From assembly GCA_018710845.1 (NCBI GenBank), contig DVJB01000065.1:7310-71309 (forward strand): a stretch of DNA of 64,000 bases. Reading direction: 5' to 3'. Shown in pieces: positions 16,560 through 28,090 of the stretch. The stretch's first letter is position 1; each line of letters begins with the position of its first letter. The DNA is from Candidatus Onthomonas avicola (GTDB taxonomy: Bacteria; Bacillota; Clostridia; Oscillospirales; Oscillospiraceae). Under the pieces are notes generated by a model. The model was not told where the DNA came from and did not search any database. It worked only from the letters and a program-made list of their open reading frames with translations. The position numbers and the translations under genes are program-made.

Positions 16560-17933
16560 TTATAGAAACTTATCCAGCACGCCGACCGCCAGAATCGCGA
16601 TCACGATCAGCGGCAGAATGAACGTGATGTAAAAGCGCAGCGCGGGGTGATCGGGGAACTTCAGTCCCTTGCCCTGGTTGGCCTCGTGGAGGAAATTCTT
16701 CCAGCCCCAGCCGTAGCGGGTGACGCAGAAGAGGACAAAGATGAGCGAGCCGATCGGCAGCAGCAGGTTGCTCACCACGAAGTCCTCCAGGTCCATGATG
16801 CTCGACCCCTCGCCGAACGGCTGGATACCAGAGAGCACGTTGAAGCCCAGCGTGCACGGCAGGGAGAGGACGATCATGATAAAGGTGTTGATCAGGCCGG
16901 ACTTCTTGCGCGACCAGCCGAAGAGGTCGGAGCAGCAGGCCATGATGTTCTCAAACACCGCCAGCACGGTGGAGAAGGAGGCGAAGAGCAGGAAAAGGAA
17001 GAACAGGCTGCCCCACAGCCGGCCGAGCGGCATATGGTTGAAGATGTTCGGCAGGGTGACAAAGATCAGGTTTGGGCCGCTGTCCGGCTCCACCCCGTAG
17101 GCAAAGCAGGCGGGGAAGATAATCAGACCAGAGGTGAAGGCCACAAAGGTGTCCAGCACGGTCACGTTTACCGACTCGCCCAGCAGCGCGCGGTCCTTGT
17201 TCAGATAGCTGCCGAAGATTGCCATCGCGCCGATGCCCAGGCTCAGGGTGAAGAAGGACTGGTTCATCGCGTTGACCAGCACGGTGAGGATGCCCACGTC
17301 CATCGCGCGCTCCAGGTCGGGCACCAGGTAGAACGCGAGGCCCTCACTGCCGCCCTCCATCGTGACGCTGTTGACCGCCAGAATCAGCATGATCGCCAGC
17401 AGCGCCAGCATCATCCACTTGGTCACCCGCTCCAGGCCATTTTGCAGGCCGATGGAGCAGATAGCAAAGCCGCCGATGACCGTCAGCAGCATGCAGCCCA
17501 CCATCGCCGGCGTATTGGCCAGCATCTCGCTGAAAATCGCGCCGACGCGCGCCGTGTCCGCGCCCACGAAGGCCCCGCCTGCCGTGGCGAAGAAGTAATA
17601 GATCATCCAGCCGCAGACGGTGGTGTAGAACATCATCAGGATGTAGTTGCCCGCCATGGCGACATAGCCGTGCAGGTGCCACTTCGACCCCTGCGGCTCA
17701 AGCTGCTGATAGAGCCGCACCGGACTCTTCTGCGCCGCCCGGCCCATGGAAAACTCCATCGTCAGCACCGGGAGTCCCAGAATGACCAGGAAGAACAGGT
17801 AGACCAGCACAAAAAGGCCGCCGCCGCTCTGTCCGGCCAGATAGGGAAATTTCCACACGTTTCCGACGCCAATCGCGCAGCCCGCGCTGAGCAGGATAAA
17901 GCCCAGCCGGCTGCCCAAATGCTCTCGTTCCAT
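16560..17933 (-). CDS. Sodium-dependent transporter (NSS/SNF family)
   Basis: GFILLSAGCAIGVGNVWKFPY, QSFFTLSLG, GPNLIFVTLP. Confidence 0.95.
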   Translation of the reverse strand: MEREHLGSRLGFILLSAGCAIGVGNVWKFPYLAGQSGGGLFVLVYLFFLVILGLPVLTMEFSMGRAAQKSPVRLYQQLEPQGSKWHLHGYVAMAGNYILMMFYTTVCGWMIYYFFATAGGAFVGADTARVGAIFSEMLANTPAMVGCMLLTVIGGFAICSIGLQNGLERVTKWMMLALLAIMLILAVNSVTMEGGSEGLAFYLVPDLERAMDVGILTVLVNAMNQSFFTLSLGIGAMAIFGSYLNKDRALLGESVNVTVLDTFVAFTSGLIIFPACFAYGVEPDSGPNLIFVTLPNIFNHMPLGRLWGSLFFLFLLFASFSTVLAVFENIMACCSDLFGWSRKKSGLINTFIMIVLSLPCTLGFNVLSGIQPFGEGSSIMDLEDFVVSNLLLPIGSLIFVLFCVTRYGWGWKNFLHEANQGKGLKFPDHPALRFYITFILPLIVIAILAVGVLDKFL

Positions 17934-18158
17934 CTCACAAATCCTCTCTGACAAAAATTTGCCGGACCTGCCGTGCGGCAGATACAGCACGTCCCATTAT
18001 AGCAGAAGCGGCGGCGAAAAACGAGTATCTGCAGGAAATCCTGCGAAATTTTTCTGTACAACCGGGGCCGGCTGCGGTAGAATGGGCTCGGAAGGATATG
18101 AGTCCGTTTTTTCGGACTGCGGCTGTGCTATCCTGTCGATCAAAGGGGGAACTCCGTC

Positions 18159-19139
18159 ATGGCAAAGGGGAGCAATCAGAAGGGCAAGCAACTCGCGCTG
18201 CTCAACCTGCTGTTTTACAACAGCGATGAGCGCCATTTTCTCTCCGGCACGCAGCTGGTGCAGATGCTGCGCGCGCGGGGGATCTCCGCCGAGCGCAAGA
18301 GCGTCTACGACGATATCGAGGTGCTGCGCGGCCGGGGCTATGACATCCAGCTCGAGCGCGGGCGCGGCTATTTCCTGGGCAATCGCCTGTTCCAGCTCCC
18401 TGAGCTCAAGCTGCTGGTGGACGCGGTGCAGTCCTCCAAGTTTATCACCGCCCGCAAGAGCGCGGAGCTGATCGGCAAGCTGGAGAAGCTCACCTCCCGT
18501 GCCCAGGCGAGCGGCCTGCAGCGCCAGGTCTTTGTCACCGGGCGGGTCAAGAGCATGAACGAGAGCGTCTACTACAGCATCGACGCCATTCACGAGGCGA
18601 TCAGCGAGAACCGGCAGATCACCTTCTGCTATTTCCGCTACAACGTCCGCCGGGAGAAGGAGCTGCGCCACAACGGCCGTCTCTACCGGGTGAGCCCCTA
18701 TGCCCTGCTGCGCAGCGACGAGAACTATTACCTGATCGCCTACGACAGCCGGAGCAAGGAGATTCGCCACTACCGGGTGGACAAGATGACCGGAATTGAC
18801 CTGGACGAGCGAGAGAGAGAGGGGATGGAGGCCTACCGGTCCTTCGACCTGGCGCGCTACGCCCAGCTCCAGTTCGGCATGTTCCGCGGCCCGGAGCAGA
18901 CCGTCACCCTGCGGTGCCGGGACGAGATGGCGGATGTCATCATCGACCGCTTTGGCAAGGAGGTCTCCCTCGTCCCGGAGGAGGAGGGCTGGTTCACCTG
19001 CAACGTCCCCGTGATGGTCAGCCCCCAGTTCTACGGCTGGCTCTTCGGCCTGGGATCGGGCGTGCAGGTCACCGCACCGCAGAGCGTGGTGGACGGCATG
19101 CGCCGCCAGTTGGCCGAGGTGGGCGCGGGGTACCGCTGA
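18159..19139 (+). CDS. WYL-domain transcriptional regulator (wHTH-WYL-WCX)
   Basis: ERKSVYDDIEVL HTH, VSPYAL...YYLIA...HYRVDKM WYL core, FYGWLFGLG WCX. Confidence 0.9.
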   Translation: MAKGSNQKGKQLALLNLLFYNSDERHFLSGTQLVQMLRARGISAERKSVYDDIEVLRGRGYDIQLERGRGYFLGNRLFQLPELKLLVDAVQSSKFITARKSAELIGKLEKLTSRAQASGLQRQVFVTGRVKSMNESVYYSIDAIHEAISENRQITFCYFRYNVRREKELRHNGRLYRVSPYALLRSDENYYLIAYDSRSKEIRHYRVDKMTGIDLDEREREGMEAYRSFDLARYAQLQFGMFRGPEQTVTLRCRDEMADVIIDRFGKEVSLVPEEEGWFTCNVPVMVSPQFYGWLFGLGSGVQVTAPQSVVDGMRRQLAEVGAGYR

Positions 19140-19188
19140 CAGCGTGCCCGCCACCCCTCGCGGCAGCAATAGCGAAAGACGCTAGGTG

Positions 19189-19234
19189 GCTTCCCCCTGG
19201 GGGGAAGCTGTCCGCGTAGCGGACTGATGAGGGG
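19189..19234. repeat. Solo B-family hairpin repeat
   Basis: GCTTCCCCCTGGGGGGAAGC-TGTCCGCGTAGCGGAC-TGATGAGGGG, related to the units at 32.9-33.4 kb and 58.0-58.2 kb. Confidence 0.75.
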
Positions 19235-19320
19235 CCAGGGATACACACATTTTTCGTATCCTAACGGAACAATAGTGAAAAAAACGGGCAGAATCCGGAC
19301 GGATTCTGCCTGTCTGTCTC

Positions 19321-20502
19321 TCAGCCCTCTTGCTTTCCACCCTCAGTGGGCCGTCTTGTACCGCCGTGCGGGCGATGCTTGCGGTAGTGCGGGCGGTGGC
19401 GCCGGGGCGCGGCGGAACCGGCGTCGTTGGCGCCCTCCCCAGCGGGGGATTCGGCCGCGCGCTCGGGCGCGCTCTGGGCGGCCTGGGCCTTCTGGCCCTG
19501 GGTCTGGCCCGCGGCGCGGGGCGGGCGCTTTTTCCCGCCGCGCCGGCTGCCGCCCTCGCCGGAGGGCGCGGCGGGCTCTGTCTCGGCCGGCTCCTGGGAG
19601 AGGATGACGTTTTCCAGATGCGGCGTCTCCCGGCGGCGCGCCGCAGGGGCGGGGGTCTCCGGCTTCTCATAGCCGGGGGGACGCTTGCCCTTGCCGTTGC
19701 GGACGACGCACAGGTCGCAGTTGCGGTAACACCGCGGGGTGTCCGGGTCGCTGTCCAGCGTGACGCGCGAGGTCTCGCGCAGCAGATTCACCTGGTTGAC
19801 CACGCCGACGCCGTCCGGCGTCTCCACCAGCGACTCCTGCTTGGGCGCGCGCTTGAGCAGGTCGGTATAGGCCTCCTGCTCATATTTCAGGCAGCACATC
19901 AGCCGGCCGCAGGCGCCCGAGATCTTGCCCGGGTTGAGCGAGAGGTTCTGCGTCTTGGCCATCTTGATGGACACCGGGTGAAAGTCGTTTAAGAAGGTGG
20001 AGCAGCAGAACGGCCGCCCGCAGATGCCGAGCCCGCCGAGCATCTTCGCCTCGTCGCGCACGCCGATCTGCCGCAGCTCAATCCGCGTGCGGAAGACGGA
20101 GGCGAGGTCCTTCACCAGCGCGCGGAAGTCCACCCGCCCGTCGGCGGTGAAGAAAAAGAGAATCTTGCTGCCGTCGAAGTTGTATTCCACGTCGATCAGC
20201 TTCATCTCCAGCCCGTGGGCGGCGATCTTCTCCTGGCAGACGCGGAAGGCGCGCTCCTCCCGCCTGCGGTTCTCCTCCATCTGGCGGTGGTCCTGCTCGG
20301 TGGCGATGCGCAGGACGGGGCGCAGGGGGCTGATGAGCTCCTCCTCGTCAATCATCCGGTTGCCCAGGACGCACTCGGCGAACTCCACGCCTTTGCTCGT
20401 CTCGATAATGACGGCCTGGCCCGCCTCGACGGTCAGGCCGTTCGGGTTAAAATAGTATTCTTTTCCGCCGTTTTTAAAGCGGACGCTGATAATTTCAGTC
20501 AC
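19321..20502 (-). CDS. ricT: PSP1/RicT (YaaT) family protein with low-complexity C-tail
   Basis: ADGRVDFRALVKDLA, IELRQIGVRDEAK, GICGRPFCC, KISGACGRLMCCLKYE; GTG start. Confidence 0.92.
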   Translation of the reverse strand: MTEIISVRFKNGGKEYYFNPNGLTVEAGQAVIIETSKGVEFAECVLGNRMIDEEELISPLRPVLRIATEQDHRQMEENRRREERAFRVCQEKIAAHGLEMKLIDVEYNFDGSKILFFFTADGRVDFRALVKDLASVFRTRIELRQIGVRDEAKMLGGLGICGRPFCCSTFLNDFHPVSIKMAKTQNLSLNPGKISGACGRLMCCLKYEQEAYTDLLKRAPKQESLVETPDGVGVVNQVNLLRETSRVTLDSDPDTPRCYRNCDLCVVRNGKGKRPPGYEKPETPAPAARRRETPHLENVILSQEPAETEPAAPSGEGGSRRGGKKRPPRAAGQTQGQKAQAAQSAPERAAESPAGEGANDAGSAAPRRHRPHYRKHRPHGGTRRPTEGGKQEG

Positions 20503-20546
20503 GATTTCCTCCTTCTGTCCCAAATGCCCCGCGGGGCGGGAGGGCG

Positions 20547-21527
20547 TTATGCCTTTTGGCCGGCCCGGCAGAGTCCGGCGAGCTGCGCGGCGAGCCAGCC
20601 GGCGTTGTGCGCAGGGGAGACGTTCCCCGCGATGGCGGCCGCCCCCTCGCGCGCGAGACGGGCGAGGTCCATCAGCCCGGCGGGGGAGAGGCTTGCGCCC
20701 CAGCGCGCGTCCCGCCCGGCCAGCGCGTCCCGGGCGCGCGCGGCGAGGGCGGGGTAGAGCCTGCCCATCTGCTCGCGCGTCCACTTCTCGTTCTGGACGC
20801 GGACGGACCACTCCATCAGCTCCAGCTCGGAGCGGTGCTCCAGCGCCGCGCACAGCTCCTCCAGGGCGCGCGCGAGCTTGGGGTCCTCCGGGGCCTCCTC
20901 CTCGAGCAGGGCGACGGCCCGGCCCAGCCAGCCGCCGCAGGCCGCGGCCGCGCGCGCGAGGTCGGACGGCGCCCGGTCGGGATAGCGGTCGCGCAGCCAG
21001 TCAAGCGCCTCCGCCTCATCCACGGGGGAGAGCTCGTAGTGCACGCAGCGCGAGCGGATGGTCTCCAGCAGCGCGAGCGGGTTTTCTGCCAGCAGGAGGA
21101 AGGCCGCGTAGTCCGGCCCGTCCTCCAGCACCTTGAGCAGGGCGTTCTGCGCGCTGGGATTCATCGTGTCCGCGCGCGCGATGAGATAGACCTTGCGCAA
21201 TGCCTGGTTGGGACGGATATAGGCATCCGCGCGCAGGGTACGCACCGCGTCCACCTTCAGCGGCTTCTCCCGCTCCTCGGGGGAGAGAAAGCGCTCGACC
21301 GGGACGACGTCGGGATGCGCCCCCTCGGCGGCCAGGCGGCAGTCGCGGCAGCGGCCGCAGGGCCGCTCTCCCTCGCCGGTGCAGACAAAGGCCTGTGCCA
21401 GCGCGCGGGCGAGCGTGTGCTTTCCGCTCCCGGCCGGGCCGGAGAGGATGAGCGCGTGCGGCAGACGGCGCGCCGCGCCCAGCTGCGCCTTGAGCGCCGC
21501 GTTGCCGGCCAGGTCAGACAGGTTCAT
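20547..21527 (-). CDS. holB: DNA polymerase III delta-prime subunit
   Basis: PHALILSGPAGSGK, CGRCRDC, HPDV, AQNALLKVLEDGP, LETIRSRC. Confidence 0.9.
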   Translation of the reverse strand: MNLSDLAGNAALKAQLGAARRLPHALILSGPAGSGKHTLARALAQAFVCTGEGERPCGRCRDCRLAAEGAHPDVVPVERFLSPEEREKPLKVDAVRTLRADAYIRPNQALRKVYLIARADTMNPSAQNALLKVLEDGPDYAAFLLLAENPLALLETIRSRCVHYELSPVDEAEALDWLRDRYPDRAPSDLARAAAACGGWLGRAVALLEEEAPEDPKLARALEELCAALEHRSELELMEWSVRVQNEKWTREQMGRLYPALAARARDALAGRDARWGASLSPAGLMDLARLAREGAAAIAGNVSPAHNAGWLAAQLAGLCRAGQKA

Positions 21528-21844
21528 AGCCGCAGAAACTGATCGACGTTGAGCACAAAGATGGTCGCGCCGGAGACGGTGACCGCCTGGCCCTCATCCA
21601 CCAGCATGGAGTTGCGCGGGGTCTTGCCCGCCGCGTCCACCTCCCGCCAGTGCACGGCGCTGCGCAGGAGGGAGATCACCTCCCGCACCTTGTCGTCCGA
21701 CACGCCGATGAGCAGCGTGCGGTTCTCCTGCTGCAAAAAGGTGCCCCAGGAGTTGATGCAGGTGGCGCCATATCCCTTTTCCACCAGATATTGGCTGGCA
21801 TGTGCGGCGTCGTCCTTCTGGACGATGGCGACGATCATTTTCAT
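21524..21844 (-). CDS. darA: PII-like cyclic-di-AMP receptor (DarA/PstA/YaaQ family), divergent
   Basis: MKMIVAIVQ...TLLIGV...GATIFVLNVDQF; position directly upstream of holB. Confidence 0.8.
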   Translation of the reverse strand: MKMIVAIVQKDDAAHASQYLVEKGYGATCINSWGTFLQQENRTLLIGVSDDKVREVISLLRSAVHWREVDAAGKTPRNSMLVDEGQAVTVSGATIFVLNVDQFLRL

Positions 21845-21888
21845 CCCAACACCTCATTTCTCCTCAAACCGCCCATAAAATAGCGGGC

Positions 21889-22150
21889 AAGAGCGTCAAA
21901 AAGGTCTCACCGAGTTTGGCTCGAAGAGCCAAATAGAATTGCATTCATTTTTGGCACGGGCGTGTACCCCCCAGGGGGCCTTCTCTCGCCCCTGCGGGGC
22001 GATTCACCTTGACCGGGCCAAAAATACTGATAGTCTCGCAAGTGTGCGGCTTTTTGGAACAAAAAGCCGTGCGCGCAGCGGGACTGCGAACTCCGAGCAA
22101 ATGCTTGCATTTGCTCGGAAGGCTGTCAAAAAATATTTTTTGACAGCCGC
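21889..22150 (+). mobile_element. Structured MITE-like element, copy 1
   Basis: Highly similar to 41700-41961 (inverted) and 63693-63897; ends in a 28-bp perfect palindrome GGCTGTCAAAAAATATTTTTTGACAGCC; no clean TSD. Confidence 0.8.
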
Positions 22151-22185
22151 ACCGCCCCGAAAGGGGCGGGAAGCCGGCGCATCTT

Positions 22186-23529
22186 TCAGGAAAGACACAC
22201 CGTTACAGGCTCATTATACCCCATCTGGGCCAAATAGGCCAGATGCTTTTTTTGGATTCTTTCTCCCGGGGCAACCACGGGCACGCCGGGCGGATAGGGC
22301 GCGACCGGCTGCGCGGCCACATGGCCCTCGGACTCCGCCAGCGGCAGCCGCACCTGCCGGCTCAGCATCGCCGCGCGCGGGGTGCACACCCCTTCCGCCT
22401 CGGGCGGCGGGTCAAGTGCCAGCTCCGGCGCGGGGGAAAAGGCCAGCCCCGCCGTGTCCAGCGTGGCGGCCAGGCGCTCGATCTGCTCCTTCCCGTCCGC
22501 GCCAGTCACGATGAGGACCACGTGATTCCGGTCCGCCATCTCGGGGTAGAGCCCCAGCTCCTCCAGGGTATCGGCCAGGGCAAAGCCGTCCTCCGTCAGC
22601 AGCGTCAGCCGCATCGGGTCGAGCGGCAGCGCGGGGGAGGACTGGAGACAGGGGTAGCGCTCGCGCAGCTCCAGCACCGCCTCCGCCGCCTGGAAACAGC
22701 GCTCCGCCCCGCCGCAGGCCAGCCAGGTGCGCAGCCGGTCCAGCGCGGCCATCATCGGGTAGGAGGGAGAGGTGGTGGCGAAGAGCTGGGAGGCCGCGCG
22801 CAACTCATCCATGGAGCAGCCGGTGGCAAACAGCAGCGCCGTCTGCCCCGGGGCGGGCAGGGTCTTGTGGGTGGAGACCACCGCGAGGTCCGCCGCGGCG
22901 TAGGGGTTCTCGTCCTCCCCGAAGAAGAGGGGGAGGTGCGCCCCGTGCGCCCCGTCCACCACCAGCCGCGCCCCGTGCGCATGGCAGACGGCGGCGATGG
23001 CCGCGAGGTCGGAGCACACCCCGTAATAGGTCGGGGAGGTGACCACGACGGCGCGGCAGTCCGGGTGCGCCTGCAGCGCGGCGTCCACCGCCTCCGGCGC
23101 GACCGGGCCGCAGACCCCCGCCGCCGCGTCCCACGACCGGCCCAGCCAGACCGGGCGCAGGTCGAGCAGAGCCATGCCGGTGTGCAGGCTGCGGTGGCTC
23201 ACCCGGTCCATCAGCACGGCCTCCCCCGGCCCGGCGGCGAGGGAGAGGGCCGCGTGCAGCCCCTGCGTCGCCCCGCCGGTGAGGAAGAGGCAGGCGCCGC
23301 TCCCCCAGAAGTCCGCCCACAGCCGCTCCGCCGCCTCAATCGGCCCGCCGGGGGCGTAGAGGTTGCCGGTGCGGCTCGTCTCGGTGAAGTCGATGGCGGC
23401 GTAGCCCTTCAGCTCGGGCAGCGGCAGGCCGATCCCCTTGTGGCCCGGCATGTGCATCCGCAGCGGCCGCTCGTCGGCAAAGGCGCGCAGCGCGTCGTAG
23501 AGAGGGGTCTCCAGCGGCGTCTGATGCAT
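22186..23529 (-). CDS. PLP-dependent Orn/Lys/Arg decarboxylase (YaaO-like)
   Basis: MHMPGHKG, TSPTYYG, VVDGAHGAH, STHKTLP, TTSPSYP, PYPPGVP. Confidence 0.92.
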   Translation of the reverse strand: MHQTPLETPLYDALRAFADERPLRMHMPGHKGIGLPLPELKGYAAIDFTETSRTGNLYAPGGPIEAAERLWADFWGSGACLFLTGGATQGLHAALSLAAGPGEAVLMDRVSHRSLHTGMALLDLRPVWLGRSWDAAAGVCGPVAPEAVDAALQAHPDCRAVVVTSPTYYGVCSDLAAIAAVCHAHGARLVVDGAHGAHLPLFFGEDENPYAAADLAVVSTHKTLPAPGQTALLFATGCSMDELRAASQLFATTSPSYPMMAALDRLRTWLACGGAERCFQAAEAVLELRERYPCLQSSPALPLDPMRLTLLTEDGFALADTLEELGLYPEMADRNHVVLIVTGADGKEQIERLAATLDTAGLAFSPAPELALDPPPEAEGVCTPRAAMLSRQVRLPLAESEGHVAAQPVAPYPPGVPVVAPGERIQKKHLAYLAQMGYNEPVTVCLS

Positions 23530-23542
23530 GGTGTTTTCCTCC

Positions 23543-25348
<1,806 letters not shown>

Positions 25349-25396
25349 AAAATACCTCAGCTTTTCTGTAAATATAGGTGGTACATGAGACGGAAA

Positions 25397-26092
25397 TCAC
25401 GCGTCGCGCCGGCGGCGGCCGCCCGGTTCCGCCGTTCGGTCGACGGTGCGACGCCCCGTCTCCTGCGTGAGTTCCAGCAGGTAGGGGGCCGTGGTGGGAT
25501 ACTCGCGCAGCAGCGACGCCTCCGACAGCTCCGGCAGCGGGCTGCGGCGGGAGGAACAGCGGTCCAGCTCGGTCAGATAGCGGCAGCGGCAGTGCTGCAG
25601 CTCCAGCTCGGCGGCGCCGGCGACGAACAGCGCCTCCGGCAGCTCGCCGGGGAGCGCCTCTCCCGGAGAGACCCGGCTCAGCGCGCCGATCAGCTGATAG
25701 ACCGACGCGGAGAGGTAGCTCACGGCCGCCTGCAGCAGCGCGGTGTTCTCCAGCCGGTCGAGCAGGTCGAGCAGGAGGGAGAGCGCGCCGATCAGGCGCT
25801 TTTTGCTCTCCGCAGCCAGTTTGCCCCGCCCGCGGCCGCCGCCGCGGCCCGACCGGCCGGGGGCGGCGAGCAGCGCGCCCTCCCGGTCCAGCGTCCGTCC
25901 AAGCAGATAGTCCGCCGACACCTGATAATAGTCGCAGGCGCGGACGACGAACTGCAGTCCCGGCTCGCGGATACCGTTTTCATAGTGCGACAGCAGCGCC
26001 TGGCTGATGCCCAATTCCTCCGAAGCCTGCCGCTGGCTGATGTGCCGTTCCTTGCGCAGCAGCGATAGGGTACGGCCGAAATCCTGTTGCAT
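25397..26092 (-). CDS. XRE-family HTH transcriptional regulator
   Basis: LRKERHISQRQASEELGISQALLSHYENGIREPG...SADYLLGRT. Confidence 0.85.
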   Translation of the reverse strand: MQQDFGRTLSLLRKERHISQRQASEELGISQALLSHYENGIREPGLQFVVRACDYYQVSADYLLGRTLDREGALLAAPGRSGRGGGRGRGKLAAESKKRLIGALSLLLDLLDRLENTALLQAAVSYLSASVYQLIGALSRVSPGEALPGELPEALFVAGAAELELQHCRCRYLTELDRCSSRRSPLPELSEASLLREYPTTAPYLLELTQETGRRTVDRTAEPGGRRRRDA

Positions 26093-26244
26093 GGATACCT
26101 CCTGAAAGCAAAAATAAGAAACGCCTTCCGGGGCGGAATGCGCACCGGCGGTGTGTCCGGCTCGTACGGATGGCGCGATGATCAACAGACAGTAATATAA
26201 TACCGAAAGCTATACGGAAAGTAAAGCGGAAAACGCTTAAAACT

Positions 26245-26262
26245 TTGTGAAAAAGTTAGCAA
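26245..26262. promoter_or_regulatory. Rex-like operator upstream of pta
   Basis: TTGTGAA-AAAG-TTAGCAA. Confidence 0.55.
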
Positions 26263-26382
26263 TGCACAATTCCCCAAAATCTTTTCGTAAAGCATTGCTT
26301 TTTTCAGCAGAAAGTGATAAATTTACTATAGAGTTTCATGCGCGGACGCGCAAATATGAAAGTGACGGAGGAAACCGAAATT

Positions 26383-27363
26383 ATGTTTGCCAAACTGATT
26401 GCCAAGCTGAAAAAGGACCCGAAGACCATTGTCTTTACCGAGGGCACCGACCCGCGTATTCTGGAGGCCGCGTCCCGCCTGCTGGCCAGTAACTTCCTCA
26501 AGCCCATTCTGGTGGGCAACCCGGAGAAGGTGGCCGAGGCCGCCGAGGAGGCCGGCTTTAATATCCGCGGCGCGGAGATTCTCGACCCGTATCACTATGA
26601 CCGGATGGAGGAGATGGTCGCCGCCCTGGTCGAGCTGCGCAAGAACAAGGGGATGACGGAGGAGAAGGCCCGCTCCACCCTCCGCCAGGGCAACTACTTC
26701 GGCACCATGCTGGTGCAGATGAAGGTGGCCGACGCCCTGCTCGGCGGCGCGACCTACTCCACGGCGGACACCGTGCGCCCGGCCCTGCAGATCATCCGGA
26801 CCAAGCCGGGACACAATATCGTCTCCTCCTGCTACATCCTGGTCCGTAACGCCGCGACCGGCGCCTCCGAAGTGCTGGCGATGGGCGACTGCGCGATCAA
26901 CATCCACCCGAGCGAGGACCAGCTCGTCGAGATCGGCGTCGAGGTGGTCAAGTGCGCCCAGAAGTTTGGCATCGACCCGAAGGTCGCCTTCCTGAGCTAC
27001 TCCACCCTCGGCTCCGGCAAGGGCGAGGACGTGGACCGGATGCGCAACGCCGCCAACCGCGTGCGCTCCAAGCTGCCCAACATTCCGGTGGACGGCGAAA
27101 TTCAGTTCGACGCCGCCGTCGCCCCGCGCGTGGCGCGCATCAAGTGCCCCAACAGCCCGGTCGGCGGCCAGGCCAACACGTTCATCTTCCCCGACATCAA
27201 TGCCGGCAACATCGGCTACAAGATCGCCCAGCGCATGGGCAACTTTGAGGCCTACGGTCCCATTCTGCTCGGCCTGAACGCCCCGATCAACGACCTGTCC
27301 CGCGGCTGCAACGCGATGGAGGTCTACTCCATGGCTATCGTCACCGCCGCCCTGGCGGAGTGA
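26383..27363 (+). CDS. pta: Phosphate acetyltransferase
   Basis: IVFTEGTDPRIL, GDCAIN, DGEIQFDAA, FPDINAGNIGYK, NDLSRGC. Confidence 0.95.
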   Translation: MFAKLIAKLKKDPKTIVFTEGTDPRILEAASRLLASNFLKPILVGNPEKVAEAAEEAGFNIRGAEILDPYHYDRMEEMVAALVELRKNKGMTEEKARSTLRQGNYFGTMLVQMKVADALLGGATYSTADTVRPALQIIRTKPGHNIVSSCYILVRNAATGASEVLAMGDCAINIHPSEDQLVEIGVEVVKCAQKFGIDPKVAFLSYSTLGSGKGEDVDRMRNAANRVRSKLPNIPVDGEIQFDAAVAPRVARIKCPNSPVGGQANTFIFPDINAGNIGYKIAQRMGNFEAYGPILLGLNAPINDLSRGCNAMEVYSMAIVTAALAE

Positions 27364-27448
27364 CCGTCACAGCTTCCGAAAGAACACAAGAGCCCCCGCA
27401 GCACGCGCCGCGGGGGCCTTTAACATCTGTCCGATTTACCGCTTTTCC

Positions 27449-27967
27449 TCAACGGGTGCGGACGTAGGAGTTGCCGTTGTCCGTCAGAACGCCGACTTTA
27501 TTTCCCGAGCTGTCATACACGTTCTGATCGAGGACGTAGACGGTCTTGCCATCCTCGTCGCGCATCTCCCGGGGGGTGATGAGTTTCCAGACAAAGCCCA
27601 GGAAAAACACGGCAATCTTGACCGTCACACCCATGCCGGAGATCACCATGCTGAGGATGCAGCGGGACTGGAGCATGGCCGGGCACTTGCGGTAGGTGGT
27701 CCAGTACAGCAGCACGCCGATAGCCAAACAGACCACGCCGACGAGCAGATAGACAAAGGCACTGACGCCTGTATTGCCCGTCGACGCGCTCAGCGCGGGG
27801 ATGAACGGGGTGAGGATGCCCACTACCCCGGCAATGGTGAGATCAATCGCGAGAAACGCCTTGATCCGGCCATAGACGCCGAAGGCCTTGTAGAGCCCGG
27901 TGACGGAGCTCTCGCGGAACGCGCAGATCACGCAGAGGACCACAAAGATGATCAGTAAAATTGACAT
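27449..27967 (-). CDS. Hypothetical multi-pass membrane protein with small soluble C-tail
   Basis: 172-aa ORF, several hydrophobic segments, GAGGAG RBS; no family recognised. Confidence 0.8.
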   Translation of the reverse strand: MSILLIIFVVLCVICAFRESSVTGLYKAFGVYGRIKAFLAIDLTIAGVVGILTPFIPALSASTGNTGVSAFVYLLVGVVCLAIGVLLYWTTYRKCPAMLQSRCILSMVISGMGVTVKIAVFFLGFVWKLITPREMRDEDGKTVYVLDQNVYDSSGNKVGVLTDNGNSYVRTR

Positions 27968-28090
27968 ATAATCTCCTCCTCTTCTCTCTTAAAGCGGACT
28001 CCAACCGCTTTGGTACATTATAGGCAAAAGAGGAGATTGTTGTCAAGGACGAATTATTTTAACAGGAAATAAATGGCCGCGGCGGACCGC

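Noticed and set aside
21881-22158. Target-site duplications for MITE copies 1 and 3
   Set aside because: The flanks (TAGCGGGC/ACCGCCCC and GATAGAGC/ATAAAGGA) are not direct repeats; these copies appear older or degenerate
21907-22514. Small ORFs containing MLAFARKAVKK...FLTA (also near 41.2-41.9 kb and 63.6-63.9 kb) as a new protein family
   Set aside because: They are translations of the MITE palindromes; frames and lengths differ between copies
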